Assembly (NCBI GenBank): GCA_000165425.1
Contig: CT868001.1
Coordinates: forward strand, 1-64,000
Length of the DNA: 64,000 nucleotides
Direction: 5' to 3'
Origin: Paramecium tetraurelia
Lineage: Eukaryota
The notes beneath the pieces were generated by a model. It was not told the origin of the DNA. It saw only the letters and a list, made by a program, of their open reading frames with translations, and ran no database searches. Both the position numbers and the translations under genes were made by a program. Each line of letters begins with the position of its first letter. Positions within the stretch are counted from its first letter, which is position 1. Of this stretch, positions 40,530 to 55,682 are shown piece by piece.

Positions 40530-43224
40530 ATGAATTTCAAAGAGGATCCAAAAAATCTGATAATCCCTTTGGATTTAGCAAAGATCATTTATGATAAGTG
40601 GGATGCTGATTTGGCCATCTTGGATCAGCCTGATTAAGTTTATGGCAAAGCATTACATGGGAAGGGAGAAGTTACATTCAAAAATGGAAATAAGTATGAA
40701 GGAGAGTTTCATAATGGGATGTTGCATGGTTCTAGTAATTTACAATAACCTAGGTGAGGGCACATTTACTTGGGCATCTGGAGTAATCTATAAAGGTGAA
40801 TTCACATATAACAAGATTGAAGGATAAGGGACTTATTATTGGCCAGAAGGTTCGACTTATACTGGCACTGTTGTGAATGGACTTAGACATGGACAAGGCA
40901 AGTTTGTTACAGCAGATAAATCAGCCATATATGAAGGCTAATGGGAGACTGGTTTGAGACATGGTTTTGGTAAAATTACATTCAAAAGTGGGTATAATTG
41001 TCACATTATAAATTAAGTGCCACATTTGAAGGGCAAATTCTATCAAGGCAATAAATCTGGGAAAGGCAAGATGAGCTATCCTTCTGGCAACTATTATGAT
41101 GGTGACTTCTTGATGGATAAGAAAGAAGGATATGGAGTGATGTTTTGGTTGAATTCAAATGAGAAGTATTACGGAGAGTGGAAGGATAATGTTCAAAATG
41201 GATGGGGTGTTCATCTATGGATTGAACCTAAAGGAGAAGGTTCCAAATATTTGAGGAATAGATATGAAGGAGAATGGGAAAATGGAGAAAGAAGTGGAGT
41301 TGGAGTCTTTTACTATGCAAATGGAGCCAAATATATGGGAAGTTGGAGGAATAATCTCAAATATGGAGTTGCTCTATTCATTACAGATACTGGTGGTTTC
41401 ATTCTTGGAGAATTCAAATAAGACAGATTAGTTAAGGTTTATGCAACAACAGAAAATGAGTCTAGAACTGGTATCCTACCCAGAGAAATAGCTCCTCAAG
41501 GTGGTGAAATAATCTAATAACACGAGAATCCTAAAGAAGGAGGGGATAACAAAGACAGAAAAAAAGATAATAAAGATAATAAAGACAATAAAGATAAGGA
41601 CAATAAAGATAAGGATAATAAAGATAAGGATAAAGATAAGAATAAATTGGGTAATACCACTAAGAGACCTGAAAAATTGGCAGGTATCAATAATCCCAAT
41701 CAAACTTAAACTAATCTAAATAAGACAATAGAAACCAATCCCTATTCCTATATGATTGATTTCTCAGATTTATATAAAGGATTGCAATTAGACTCTTAAT
41801 TAATTGATCAAAATGTTCAAACTATGTTATTGAGACACAATTATACACTTAAAACACATTATAAATTCTTTGCCAACAAATTTGAAAGTATGCTTTATGA
41901 AGATACCTTCTCTTTGAGTTTAGAAGGCTTCTGGAAAATTGCAAGAGATGTACTTTAATATTTGTATTATTTAGGCAAAATTATTGAATCAAAACTATTC
42001 TTTGGCTGAGTTGAATAGAAATTTCTTATAAGGATCCAAGAATAATTATAGATTAAAATATGATAGACTAGAACTGAATGTTGAGATTGATGTTCTTAGT
42101 AGATAAGGTAGTAACATCAACTTGTAAGAACTTAATGATCTATTTCATTAATAAATGGCTTTTGATTGCATATCAACTGAAAAAATCAATTATCAAGATT
42201 TCCAACTTAAAGATGTAACATTCAAGAAGAAAGTTGAAGATATTCATGATCCAAGAAGGTGTATTCTATTTAGACATTTTATTGAATTAATTGTGAGATT
42301 ATCATACTTGAAATATGGAAATCTGGTTGATTTACATAGAGCTATTGAGAGAGTAATCATCAGTAAATTGACTCCATATTTTGAAAGAAAGAAGGGCAAG
42401 TAGAATCAATCCTTAGATGATACTAAGAAATCTACTCATCCTAAAATAATAATTGGAGATTTCATTGATGAAGTCAAACCAATATTTGATGTATGGTCAA
42501 TCGAAAATAGAGAGACATAATTTGGATTCACTGATAGAACTATTAATTTAGAGTAAATCTATAAGTTTACTCAATGCATCAGAATAAGACAAACTCATTC
42601 TAATAAGTTATGTAGATAAAAACTTTGATACTGATGAAGGTCAAATTACCTAATAATCGATTTCTTAAATTGATCAATCATCTGTTAATTAAACAGTCAG
42701 AGAAGACGGTAGTAAGCGTAGAAAGAAGTAGTAAGATCAGACTGCTGAAAAAGATCAAAAAAAGACTTTAGATAAAGCTACATCCATCATTAAATATGAA
42801 TTATTACTATTTGAATTTACAGACATTCTTACATCATTCTTAGTGAAGAAAGTATTCATTCAATTATATCATCTAGCATAAAGACTTTGCATACAAATAA
42901 AGAGGACGAATTCAAACTTAGAATGAGTAATCACATCAAAAAACTAAAAAGTAGAAAGCCTCCTACTTTAAGCAAATTCAAATAGCCAAGATTAGAACCC
43001 TAGACTTAGAAGGATATTTAGAAGGAACAGTTGAAATAATTAAGAATATAATAAGAAATCAAGGCAAGACAAAGGAAATTATTAGAGGAGGAAAGGAAAT
43101 AAGAGTACATTTAATAATTTATATTAATAGAGAACGAGAGAGAAATTTAATGGCATTGGAAGATAATGATATCAAATCAGAACATGAAGATGATGAAGCG
43201 GAAAGTGAAGAAAGTGATTATTGA
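40530..43224 (+). CDS. MORN-repeat radial spoke head 10B-like protein
   Basis: About ten MORN repeats (YEGEFHNGMLHG, YKGEFTYNKIEG, RNRYEGEWENGERSGVG) followed by ILFRHFIELIVRLSY-type C-terminal region. Confidence 0.8.
41555..41645 (+). repeat. coding low-complexity repeat (KDN/KD)n
   Basis: aaagataat/aaagacaat/aaggat units encode KDNKDNKDNKDKDNKDKDNKDKDKDK. Confidence 0.85.
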
Positions 43225-43310
43225 CATTTTAATCAAATAGTAAATTTCTGATATATAAATAAATTTATTTATTGAATATACAAAATTCTTTAATTTAAAT
43301 TAAAATTATA

Positions 43311-44259
43311 ATGTCTGATCAAGAAGAAACAACACCTAGAGGAGCTAAGACTCATAAAGGCAAAAGAATTCTAGAGTCTCGTGAACCTAAATTAGTTGAA
43401 GGTCCAAAACAAACTCTGTTCATAAGAGGTCCTAAGACTTCTCTTAGTGTAAGATAATTGGCTCATGAATGGCATATGATAAAAAGAGATTTTAGTACAA
43501 CCTACAATAAGAATCACGAAATTCAACCATTTGAAGATGCCAAACAATTAGAAACATTTTGTGAAAGGAGCTAATGTTCAATGTTCTGCTTTGTATCAAA
43601 TTCAAAGAAAAGACCAGATAATCTTATTATTGGAAGAACATTCGATAAAAAAATATTAGATATGGTTGAATTACATCTCAAAGAATTCAAAAGTCAGGAG
43701 GAATTTGCTACATCTGTTGAAGTTCCTATGCATGCAAGACCATTGATAGTATTTAATGGTGAAGTCTTCGGATTTAATCCAAATCATATGAAATTGCATA
43801 ATCTATTGACTGATTTCTTTTTTGAAAATGTTCCCATCTAAGACATAAAATCATAAGAAATCCATTTAATCATAAGCATCACTGCATCTGATGACTCTAC
43901 TTTAGCAATAACAGTTTTATAAAAATAGACCCACGAAGATGGAATCAAAATCCAAGAGATTGGACCTAGAAGTGTTTTTGATATAAGAAGAACCAAGTGG
44001 GCAGAGGATGACTTATTTAAGAAAGCTTGTCGTTAACCTAAACCAAAAGCTAAGCCACATGTAAATTGATTTTTTATCATACTAGGAAAAAAACATTGTT
44101 TATGATGAAGTAGGTGATAAAAGAGGAAAGGTTTTCGTTTAACAACAAGATCTCAGTACTCTAGCTCTAAAGAAAAGAAAGAAGCTTAGAAAGGGAGATC
44201 AAAAATTAAAAGCTAGAATTGAATCTTAAGAATAGCAAGCAGAAGTCAATGAAGAATGA
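43311..44259 (+). CDS. RPF2: ribosome production factor 2 (Brix domain)
   Basis: AKTHKGKRILESREPKLVEGPKQTLFIRG; SNSKKRPDNLIIGRTFDKKILDMVEL; QEIGPR; GKVFVQQQDL. Confidence 0.9.
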
Positions 44260-44721
44260 AATCCCTGTATTGTTTATAAATATCTAAACTAATATGAGTT
44301 AAATTTTTCGAGTATTTTATATTTTCGATTCCACTTTTCCAAAGATTAAAGTACTTAATGAATAGTCTTTTTATAAAATATTAATTTGAAATTTATGTTA
44401 GTCTAATACTATTATATTGCAACTTAAAATACATTTAAAATGATTCAAATCTTTTATTCTCCTAATTCTAAACAAATATAATTAAACTGAATATCTGAAT
44501 GAAGGAACTGCCAAATTTAATATATGTTAAATATTCAATAATGAAATAATAACTGATGGAGAGGATGTTTAAATTTATGATGAATCCTGATTTAGATTAA
44601 AGGGGATGAATAAATTTGAATGGACTAAGTAGATGTAATTATAGTTTGAAGTAATTAAGAAAGGAAAGATTATAATTTTTGCTAAGGATTGTAATAATAA
44701 TAAATAATCAAAACATTAGAA

Positions 44722-47367
44722 ATGCAAATATACCCGATAAGTGGCGATGATTCTCCTATTAACGAGGTTACATCTGGAAGTGGCCATAAAAGCGGATCAA
44801 ACTAGGTGAAGAGACTTCATATAGCTAAGACTTCTCGATATTTGTATTAGATAAATGTAAAGATTAGATTGCCACTTTATAATCCACCTTCAGTTGAATC
44901 GAGAATTACATTGTCAAGAACGGACTCTCATTTGAAGTTAAGTTTTGTTAGTCATTCGTAGCAAATGAGGAGAAATGCAAAATGTGAATTTCGTCAAATA
45001 AGTAGAAAATTGATCCATGCAATGAATTTTGTGAAGGAACTTCGGTAATATGCTGAACAATTGAAGTCATAACACATGGAATACAAATATCGGCATCGCA
45101 ACTTTTTCCCTTTGTACCCAGATGATAAGATGTACATCATATGGATAGTGTTAATGAAGGGGTTGCATTGCGTGGCCTCAATAATCCTGCCATTTTAGTT
45201 GGCATTCCAAGTATTGTAGCTAAAAATATTAAGGGAGTCGGAACAATAGTGACTCAAATACTGTCTGCTATATTTGCAATAGATATCCTCTTTAATTGCA
45301 TAAGTTGTCACATTGATGAGCATAACATTCTGTTGCATACTTTTGATGCCATAATTCCCTATTATCTAAAAAGATGGTTTTTAATTGACTTAATATCGAT
45401 AATCCCATTCGAAGATTTCGAGAGCACTTAAATCTTGGGGTTGATGAGATTATTTAGAATAGCCAAGTATTTCATGTACGAAAGACGTGAAAATTACCAC
45501 ACAGCTAATGATATCATTAAAAAGAAGGAAGTCATCTTGAATGAAGATTTATCATATAGAGAAGATTACAACATAGATCTGAGGATCAGGAGAGTTGTAA
45601 CTATATTTATAGATATGATAATCCTGACTCACATCTTTGCATGCTTATGGTTTTGGAGTGCTAGAATACATGAATTTAATTAGGAAACTTGGGTTATAAG
45701 AGAGAATATCTATGATTTGAATATAGGAAAACAGTATTTGATTTGTTTCTATTGGGCTATCTAAACAGTGACAGTGATTGGATATGGAGATGTTGCTGCT
45801 CATACATCTTTTGAGTTCTTTCTCCAAATTATATGGATGCTCATCGGAGTTGGATTCTATTCATTTACTATTGGTGATATCACTTGCATCTTGGTGAATG
45901 TTAATCCACGTTAAGAGTATGAAGATTAATTAATATTGCTGGAGGAATTGGGAGATCAAACATTTATGATAGAAGATGTACTCAAAGAGCTAATTCAATT
46001 CGCTAAATTCAATATCTCTCATAATCCATTTTGGGCACGTAATACTATCGAGATGGTCTAAGCTTTGCCTTGGAGTATAAGATAATACATTATTGCATCA
46101 ACTTAAAGAGAAATACTAAAGATGGTTCCCTTCATTGCTAATGACATCAACTTCTCCACAATGGTATTGCCTTATTGTACCTTTGCAAAATACGATGAAT
46201 ATTCTACTATATATCACATTGGTCAAAGCTCGTCGGATTTCTATTACCTGCTAAGTGGAGATGTCAGATTATCGGATGCATCTGGGGAATGTATTATCAG
46301 AGTAATGGAGGGGACGGTCTTTGGAGAAGTAGAATCGATTGAACAGACTTTAAGAAGATGGCATGCTCATGCTGTTACCAAAAGTATTGTTCTGATGTGC
46401 CCAGGCAGATTTTTTGAGTCATTGATCAAATAAAACTCAACTCAGTTTTTTGAATTATACTAGATGTATAAGAGAAGGAAAATCCTTTTATCAGATTATG
46501 CAGAGTAAAAATAAAGTAATAGTTATTAATCCAATAAACCCTAGGATAAGCCGTTAAACTTAAAAGATCCACTGCCATAATTGTAGAAGGTAAAGTGGTG
46601 TAAACACAACAGGTTCGAAGATCAAGTGAAAATAGATAGCAATTTAAATCGAAAATAGATTGTCGAAATTACATCAGTGTTCAGTAAGATTTGATGTTAT
46701 CTGTTGTTGGAAAAAAGTAAGCAAGGAAGAAGTTATTGAGAGAGAAGTTTAGACTGGTAAAATTTGTTTGTGTATCAAGGCTGTTGATAGGATCAAGTAA
46801 ATGATAGTAAGAACCAAGAAAAGAAGAGGAGCCTTAGTTGCAGATCCTGATTATAAAATCATCAGGGAATTGATTGCCACAAGAAGTCAATAGACAATTT
46901 AAACAACTACATTTGATAATACTAATTATTTACAAAAATTGATGAATAAATTTGGTAAGGTGGTAGAATAAGAAAATTTAGTTTAATCTTTTATTATAAA
47001 AAAAAAATAAGAATCTTATGAAAAGATTAAGAGAATGAAATTTAAAAGTCTTGTTGCTGATTGGAATAAAAATAAACATCGAAAATCGATAAAGAGAGAA
47101 ATTGATCTCTATTATTCGTCATTTCATGAATAAATTTATCAAGAACTATTACAAGCTAGAATTGATCAAAAATAAAAAATTAAATCTAAACAAGATAACA
47201 TTAGAAAGAATTCAGTTTAATAACTTAAAGTGTTAAATTTAAATGTCAAATACATTATACAAATGGCAATGAAATTTTCAATTCACAAATTTGAAATCAT
47301 GAAAATAGAAAGAGATATTGACGAAATTATTGATGAATGCCAATCTATAGTGTAAAACATTATGTGA
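44722..47367 (+). CDS. cyclic-nucleotide-binding-domain K+ channel (KCNH/EAG-like)
   Basis: YYLKRWFLIDLISIIPF, short S4 LMRLFRIAK, HIFACLW, pore YWAIQTVTVIGYGD, CNBD FYYLLSGDV...VFGEVE...R. Confidence 0.9.
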
Positions 47368-47609
47368 TATTACTTGCTCTATAAATAATTTTATATTTTA
47401 AATAATAATAATATAAGTGTTGACTAAGATAAATGATAATTTCTATATCTCATATAAATCTTTAAATTGATTATTGTAAATTAATTAGTAAATATTCTAC
47501 TTATAAGAATATGCTATGCAATAGAAAAAACAAGAGAGTTATAAAAAGAACAAATAATCAGATCTATTATGAAGAATTATCATTAAATTTAAGGGATATA
47601 TGAAATAAA

Positions 47610-50600
47610 TCAAAGCCTTTCATAAGGTAATGGCTGAGATTTATAAAATAAGTATCCAACGACTCCAACGATAATAGCAAACATGAAGAATCCCCAAATG
47701 AACTAACCCCATAATTTTCTATCCCAAACAGAGTCTGGGAATAAAGGATTTATAGGGATGTCTTTAATAGTGAAATTAAAGATTGTTGATCCTCCCTTTC
47801 CTGAAACCTGTTAATTGTTGATGTAGGTCTAAATGCTAATGGCTGAAATGGAAGTGACTAGTGGTTCAGTAACATTAGAGATAATTCCTGAAGAATTAAG
47901 TGTAACTCCTCCTTTGAGATTATAATTAGGATAAGCTGAGATGGTAAGATAAGGACTTGTATCAAGCAATGTAATGACTTGATTATCACTGATCAAAGTT
48001 CTGGCTACTTCTGTAACAGGTTAGTTAGCTACTGAAGTTGGTTGCATCAATGATAGAATAGGATTGGATTCAGTAGAAATATAGGTGGTTGATCCTATGG
48101 CTGTTACTATGACTTCCACTCCTTATTTTACAATAATTGGGTCATTTGGCTAGGGTGTATAATTTATGTTGCATTATCTAAATATATTGAACAAGAAATT
48201 TACTGATTAATAAATCCATAATTAAGCAGGGTAACCTAATTATTAATCATAGATGTTGGATTGGCTACAATAGCAACTACTTGATATTAGCCTGTGTTTG
48301 AACTGCTTGCTGAAATTTGCAGAATACGATTCTTATTAGATAATCCAAGGAGGGTGCAAGCATATTTGCTTTAGAGATATTCTCCATTGGCCAACTGAAA
48401 TTCTAAGTTGAAGACATATGCTGTTCCTTGACTGACTGCTATTACAGGTATTACAGAGATTGCATTATATTGAATAATTGGAGATCCTGCTTAAATTAAT
48501 TTTTGGACTGAATTTTTTGTGTAATCTAAATTGTAATGAACTAAATACCTGAAACCAGATTAAGCAATTACAGATTGTTGGTATATGATGTGAATGGGAG
48601 CAAGGAGTTTGTCGACGCACAACACTTACACTTACATTTGAAGAAAATATTGAAGACAAATTATTTTCTGGAGTGACTGCGATTACAATTCCACTTGAAA
48701 TGACTAAGCTATTAGAAGGTTGTGGATATTACACTAAACATACCTCATCAATTTCTGATACACATATATAACCGAACATTATTTGAGATACTGGATTTAA
48801 TGTTAAATTTTAATTTAAACCTCCGAAGTATTCATTAGTCATCTGGATTACTGTGACTGAATATTAATTGGCCTAAGTGTTATTTGGAACCTGATATATA
48901 GATTGAATTGGTTAAATGAACTAGAAAAAATTGGTACTTGGATTGGATGGATAACTGGCTATTCTCCAAAACAAGTTAGAAGTATATAAAAATGGTAATA
49001 TTATAATGGTTGGCGGAGCTGAACCAAAGTTATAATTGTATTAGAATTGCAACACGACCACTCCTATATCCAAGTATGTAGCTGATGAAAGAAAATATGT
49101 TCCGTTATTTGTTTAATTTTGCGCTTTGAGTGTTGGGAATGCTTCATCCAACTGAATTATCTTGGTTTCCTACACCTCCTTAGTGAGTGGGTTAAATAAT
49201 GTGAAGGAAGCGGCAAATTTATTATTTATGTTAGTTCCACACACACTTACCACTCCTTTTGAGTATGCATCGACAAATATCAAAGGACAATTCTAGGAAT
49301 TGGGAGATATGTCCAATATAGGCAACTTGTAGATCAAAGGATAATCGATTTTCACTGTTGAATTATCAACAAAATCTTAAGGAGGTTTATAATAAAAGTA
49401 AGGTGTCACATAGACTAATCTATTAGTTTACACGAAGGTGAACCAATATTAGGGTTACGAGAAGCCTCCTGAAACATTTTCGATATACATGTAGGCCGAG
49501 ACTCCCGTCACTGGAAACTAATAGTTCTAGGTTTGTGGTTGTCTTTCCACTGGAGAGGCGATGTCGAAATAATAGTAAGTTGACTGATTAGTTCCATTTG
49601 TTAATTAGAAGTTTTGTATATTGCCTAAGAAGTACTCTCTTGGATCCACTTAGGTGTATCCTTATGGTGAAATACTTAATCCATCCGCTATTGTACTTGC
49701 TTCTTTTACAAAGGAAACTAGATTCACAGATTGAAAGGTTACCCAATATTCTTAGGCAGACTCTTGTAATATTGCCGTTTACAATAGACTGGAGGCCTTA
49801 AAAATAATATAGCTGTATTCTGTTTACTCCAAGAAATTGCTATTCAAATTGCATTATACAGCAAATTCAAATTCCTCTAAAAGCAAACTGTTAGTGTATC
49901 CTTCATTTCCTTTGGATTTGAATAGGATTCCATCATATTATGCGGCACTGGCCACACTAAAGGGAGCATTGACTATCTGAACATTAACATTGGAAGAGAT
50001 CACATAATACAAGGCATTCTAAATGGAAGGGGTATTCCTGTACACATAAATTTGGTATGTATTTGAATTGGATGGCTAAACCATAATGTAGAGGAAACGA
50101 GCTGAGGCAGCAGTTTACACTATCTTCTGCACTCCATACAAGTACAATTTAACTCCATTAAGGTTGGCATTTGGAATTGTTTACTTATATTGATATACAA
50201 GTAGTATTGGCAATAGTTCGATTCTTGGATAAAACGTTAATGTTGATTATCCAAGGTCGTTTATTATCAAATGGTACATTCCTTCGATGGTTAATTGTAG
50301 AGATGAAACTATTTCTGTGGTACTATTATATGTTTGAACAGTTCCTATTTCTGATATAAAATAACTTTAATTAGTAGAGGAAATTTATAAGCCTGCATTA
50401 TAATTGATAGAAGTTACGTAATAAAAATGGGTACCTTCTACAACATTCTAAGTATTAAGGAAGATGATGTTTCCATAGGCAGGAACATTATATGAGAAAC
50501 TATTTATTGTGATAGTGTCAAGGGCTGGATATGTTTTAAAAGATTAAAGGTCAGTAACGTTGGTATCTTCAGTCAAGAATTGTAGAAGATTAAAAGCTGA

Positions 50601-52788
50601 GAATTTCGTTTTTTATTATTCATCTGATATTGGTTATGAATAAAGCATAAAGAAATTATTTTAAATCAATCCAATTTGGATTGCTTTGGAAGAGTTTGTT
50701 TAATTCAAGTTATAATTCAAGGTCTTGCATGTTTAATAAAATGCTTCATATGGATAATCTAGCATGCAAATTCTAGTTTTTCCAATTGTTATTTTTTCTT
50801 TGATATCATATTCATTCCACATAAAAGCTACGTTCAATGAATTGTTGGCTGATATACTCAAGGCGAATTGCTCAACTAATATGTCTTTAACTGCAATGTT
50901 AGCAATTAAATAGCATGGCAAATTCTATAGGGCTGCGCATTAAAACAGAGCAACGTAATTTGAAACCTACACCAATTGTAGATAGTTATCAGTTAAAGAT
51001 CCCTTATAATGATAATTTTATAAAAAGGGTGCATCATAAAATAATTGAGAGTATAAAATCCTTTATACACCTATTAGATTTGAGTTGATTCTGAAAGGTG
51101 TATCTATTTAAGGAGTGGACAGAACATTTGAAAATTAAATATCAAAATTAGAGTATGCTTATTGGGTTATTGGTTATCCAGCTAAAATAGCAGGCCCAAT
51201 GAGCATTTTGTTAATGTTCACAAATTGAGTGGATCCCAAAAAGAGTTAGAACAAGGGACCCCATTGAACAAATGTCTGTTTTGTAGTATTCGTTTGAAAT
51301 GAGTTGAATATTGATTATTAATATTCACTTGAAGTGACATTATAGTATAACATCACTGATACGCAAGCAGAGTTTTGAATATCTTCAAACATATTGATGC
51401 TTGCCGTTATGGTAATATTTTAGATGGTTGTATTAACAGGTAGATTTGAGATTGTGAGGGTTGGATTGCTGAACAAATAGGTAGTCACAATTTAACCTGA
51501 TACAGCCAGCATAATATTATTGAAGTAGTCAAATGCAGCAGATTATACGCTTGTATTATAGTAATACAGCAATTTCCAATCATTAATAGAATTCAAAAGG
51601 CTTGGATAAACAGAAATTCCATTGAAATTGCTAACTATGATGTATCTAGAATTCATGAAAACTTAAGTTGTAAACATTTAAGTTAAGGGAATTTGATTAC
51701 TTTCAATGAAATTAGCCTATATATATCCAATATCCCTAGAATATACAGCTGGGGCCAAATCTACAACTTTATCATGAAATTCTGCAACTATCAAGCCTTC
51801 ACTGCTCCAAATAGCTATATAAAATAAATCATTATTGTATTCCAATTTAAAAGAACTGATACCCAAAGTGCCTACGCTAAAAGGGTTGAATTACTAGTTG
51901 GAGGCTTGAACATCTTACAAATTAATAGACATAAATCCGGAGTAATAAGTAGATACAAACACTAATTTAGAGTATAAACATTACAAATTCCATTTTAATT
52001 TATAGAAACCCCTGTATAAAAGTCAGTTATTGATTCGCTCTTATTGCTCAGAATGACGGGAAGGTTGATTCTGGAGAGTGTGTCTGATCCACTCGAACTC
52101 TCATCAAATTGAAAAACCGCAATGTTTGTGGATAGGACTGAATAGTTACCATTTTAGAATGTTCCCGCATTCATCAAAGTCACTATATATTATCCAGCTA
52201 TTTAAGTCATCACATATGATCCAGGAGTGATTGTAATAGTATCGATTATAGTAGTCTTGGAATCCCCTGGATTGGATTCAGGATAGAATAAATATTCAAG
52301 GTAATTTGTTCCCTATTATGAACATGTCACCACAACCATATTTATCAAATAATTAATTGAGTAGCATGTTCCTGAGGTTATGTTTGAAATGCTGGAGTTA
52401 TAAGATGATGTATTCAGTGTTAAATTATAGACTGTATAATCAGAGTTGCCAGTCTGAGCAAGTGCATAGTAATATTTACCCTAGATGTAAGGGTTATTAT
52501 TGAAGGTTGAAGAAGTCGACGAAATTATTGTTCCTTGTATTGTTCCTTATTAGATTTCGGGCTAGTTCAGTTTAAAGGCTCCTCCCTAGGGTAAAATAGA
52601 ATATTTAAGTCCATCCCCAACGAAATATTCATTTAATGGCAAGCGGAAAGTCTCACCGCTCACAATCGTCAATAGATTATACTCTGTATTTTTTGACTAA
52701 CATCAATAAAATTCTTTACTCTGCATGTTTAAGAGAGTGTCTCATACAAAAAGGTTAGTGCAAATCCCAATCTCAATATAAAATGCAT
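47610..52788 (-). CDS. large (~1700 aa) type I membrane surface protein with YxxPhi tail
   Basis: Signal peptide MHFILRLGFALTFLYETLS; long S/T/N-rich ectodomain; TM FIWGFFMFAIIVGVVGYLFY; tail KSQPLPYERL-TGA. Confidence 0.8.
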
Positions 52789-53139
52789 TAAATATAATTT
52801 TATTTTAAGAAGATTTTATAATTAAATCCATTCTAAATATTATAGTACAATTTTTCAGTTATAATAGAATAATGATAAATTAGTAGTTGTATATAATCAT
52901 AAAATAAACGAATCTACACTTTTTATAACTCTATTAGATCTAAGCGTTATATTTATCTAGTAATCAAATTTTTTATCCCTGATACTAAGATTTTCTATAT
53001 AATATATTTTCAAATAATTTGGACTGATTCTCCAAATTATTTGCTACATCAATTTATTTGTTTAATCATGTATTTGGATTTTGAGATGATCAATTAAATT
53101 AATCTCAATTAATTATTAATATCAATAAAAAACTCAAAA

Positions 53140-54033
53140 TCATCCTTGTCTACCCTTAAACTCATGAACATGCTTTGCTTAAACAAACAATATAAACCAA
53201 TCTAATATTTTACTGGATACTAATCTTGATATGTGAGCAATGTAGAATTAATACCATTAAATAAAAATAATTTCTCTTCCTGCCTCTATTGCTTATACGA
53301 TACATTATGCAACATACTCAGGAGACATCATGGGTAAAAAGTAATCCAATTTAGTTTTCAAACCTTGTATCTATGTAAAATAATCATACTTATATACCAT
53401 CCCAGTTTTTATTCCCCAAGGACAAACCAGTGTAGTGCGAACATTGCTATTCTAGTATTTCAATTCCATTCTTAAAGCATTATGAAATCCCCACATTGCA
53501 TGTTTGCTAGCTGAATATGCAGTTATCTTCATCCCTTAAACAATCGATGCAGCAGAGCCTATGTTAACAATGTGATTGATGTTATCTTTAATAAATTCTT
53601 AAGTGAGCATAGCTGGAGCAAGGTAATTAATTGTGTTAGTTTTAATCACATCCTCGATTGTTTCGTCTTCAAATAGTTTAAATATTCCAACTCCAGCATT
53701 GTTAATCAAAATAGTGACCTTGTATTTCTGTTTTATTGTTGAAATTAATTCCTTAGTTGATTGTAAGTCACTTAGGTCACATCTAAAAAATTAGGCCTCA
53801 CCTCCTTCTTTTCTTACGTCTTGAAGTAAATCCAAGGATAAATCAGATCTCACATCCAAAAGGATTAATTTGCACTTTTTTTTTGCACATTCAATAGCCA
53901 GTGCTTTGCCCAATCCCATGCATGCTCCTGTAATTAAAATTGTATCCTTTGTAGTTATAGGATATTTACACTTGATATTGTCTCTCCAAATATACCAAGC
54001 TATCCCAATGAAGATTAATATTAAGTAATACAT
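53140..54033 (-). CDS. short-chain dehydrogenase/reductase (RDH10/HSD17B11-like)
   Basis: N-terminal membrane anchor, TGACMGLG, LINNAG, YSASK. Confidence 0.9.
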
Positions 54034-54100
54034 GTAAATATAGATATTAAATATTGTTATATATATAATAACCAAAGAGTCAATAGATTTCGAAATAATT

Positions 54101-55682
54101 TCAAAATGCTGCTTTTTAAGAAATAAGCCCTTAATAAATACTCTTTCTAGTTTAGTGAGTTGATGTTTTTTATTGTTGCCTACTCGAATTTTTGGGAGTA
54201 CCGCAATTGATAAAAGAATTCGGAGAAAAAAACTGTCTTCTTTCATCAGGTTTTGATCTTAATTGGAGACCTAATATTCTCTTACTGAATTGAGAACTGT
54301 TTTTAGGACTTGATACGATTAATGGAGGCGTTTATTTTGGGGATGGACTGAAAATGATGGAATCACTTCTTGGACTAAAACTAGATGTAGTTTTATCCTA
54401 GACTATTTTCTTTCTCTTTATTATAATGGTTTGTCGATTATATTTCTTAAATACTTAATCTAGCTTAGCCTGTATTGCTGTGTATCTTGTCAAGGGATCA
54501 GGATCGAGCATTTTAGTAAGTAGATCGATAGTTTGAGATGAGCATTTCATTTATGAATAATCTATAAAGCCTTCTTGATTTTGAGACAACATCTTTTGGT
54601 AATTTTGATTGTAGAAAGGGGAATGCAGAGAGGTCAACATTTAATAGAGTACAATCCCTAAGCCATACACATCAACTTTATAATCGTAATTCTAATCTTT
54701 CAGAATTTCTGGAGCAATATTGCCAGGAGTACCAGCTCTTTGATGATTGTACTTCCCATGTTCATTGTAATAGACAGCCAACCCAAAGTCTGAGATTACG
54801 ATATCTTCAAGATTGGGTTTGCGAAGTAAAATGTTCTCTGGTTTAATGTCTCTATGCAGCACTCCTTTTGAATGAACACTAACCAAAGCTTCTAGCAATT
54901 TATGCGTAGTTTTAATGGCATCTTCTTCTGGAATTTCATTTCTTAGGAGATACTCATAAAGACTCCCATACTTGTAAAACTCTTAGATTAAATATAAGTA
55001 TTTTGATGATTCATATGCTTCTATGATTTGACTTGTGAATGGATGATCCATTTGTCGTAAAATATCTAATTCCTACTTTACGCAAGTTAAATCAAATTTG
55101 GTAGAGGCCTTGTCATATATTTTGACAGCAAACTCTTGCTTGCTCTCTTTGTGAATAAGAAGATGCACCTTATGTTTAGGATTACTAATTACATCTGCAA
55201 AGCTCCCATTTCCTAGTTTTTTCCCAATTGTATATTTGGTTTTAAGATTGTTTTGAATGCAATATTTTTTAAGGTCTTGATGCCATTGTTCAATGGAACC
55301 GAAAACTTCAAAACAATTAGTTTTAGAGATTAACTTGAGTCCAGCTCCTAATTTCTGATGATTGCTAATTTCCAACCTAAAGTTACTCACATTACAACAC
55401 ATTATATCATCCTATTTTAAATTATTAACATACTTCCTCTTTTCCGAATTTCAGTATAATTGCATCCTTCTTAGCAAAATTCTATCTCCTATATTCTTTA
55501 TGCTTTTTTGAATAATGTAAAAACTCTTCTTAAGTAAATTCATTTAGTTTAATATTTTGGTCAACTTTTCTCCAGAAAGGTTAATCTGTCTCAAAAAGTA
55601 TAGACATATAATTCAGTTGCTTCTGAGATTCCATTCTGTGCGATTATTAATCGAATTACTAGGTTAGATTATGAAATTTCAT
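54101..55682 (-). CDS. Ser/Thr protein kinase (CAMK-like) with N-terminal PH-like region, catalytically intact
   Basis: LGNGSFA, FAVK, HRDIKPEN, DFG, GTPGNIAPE. Confidence 0.9.

Noticed and set aside
53791..54246. 151-aa ORF suggesting a long N-terminal extension of the SDR
   Set aside because: The upstream part is an alternative frame of the kinase 3' end plus spacer; the SDR most plausibly starts at ATG 54033
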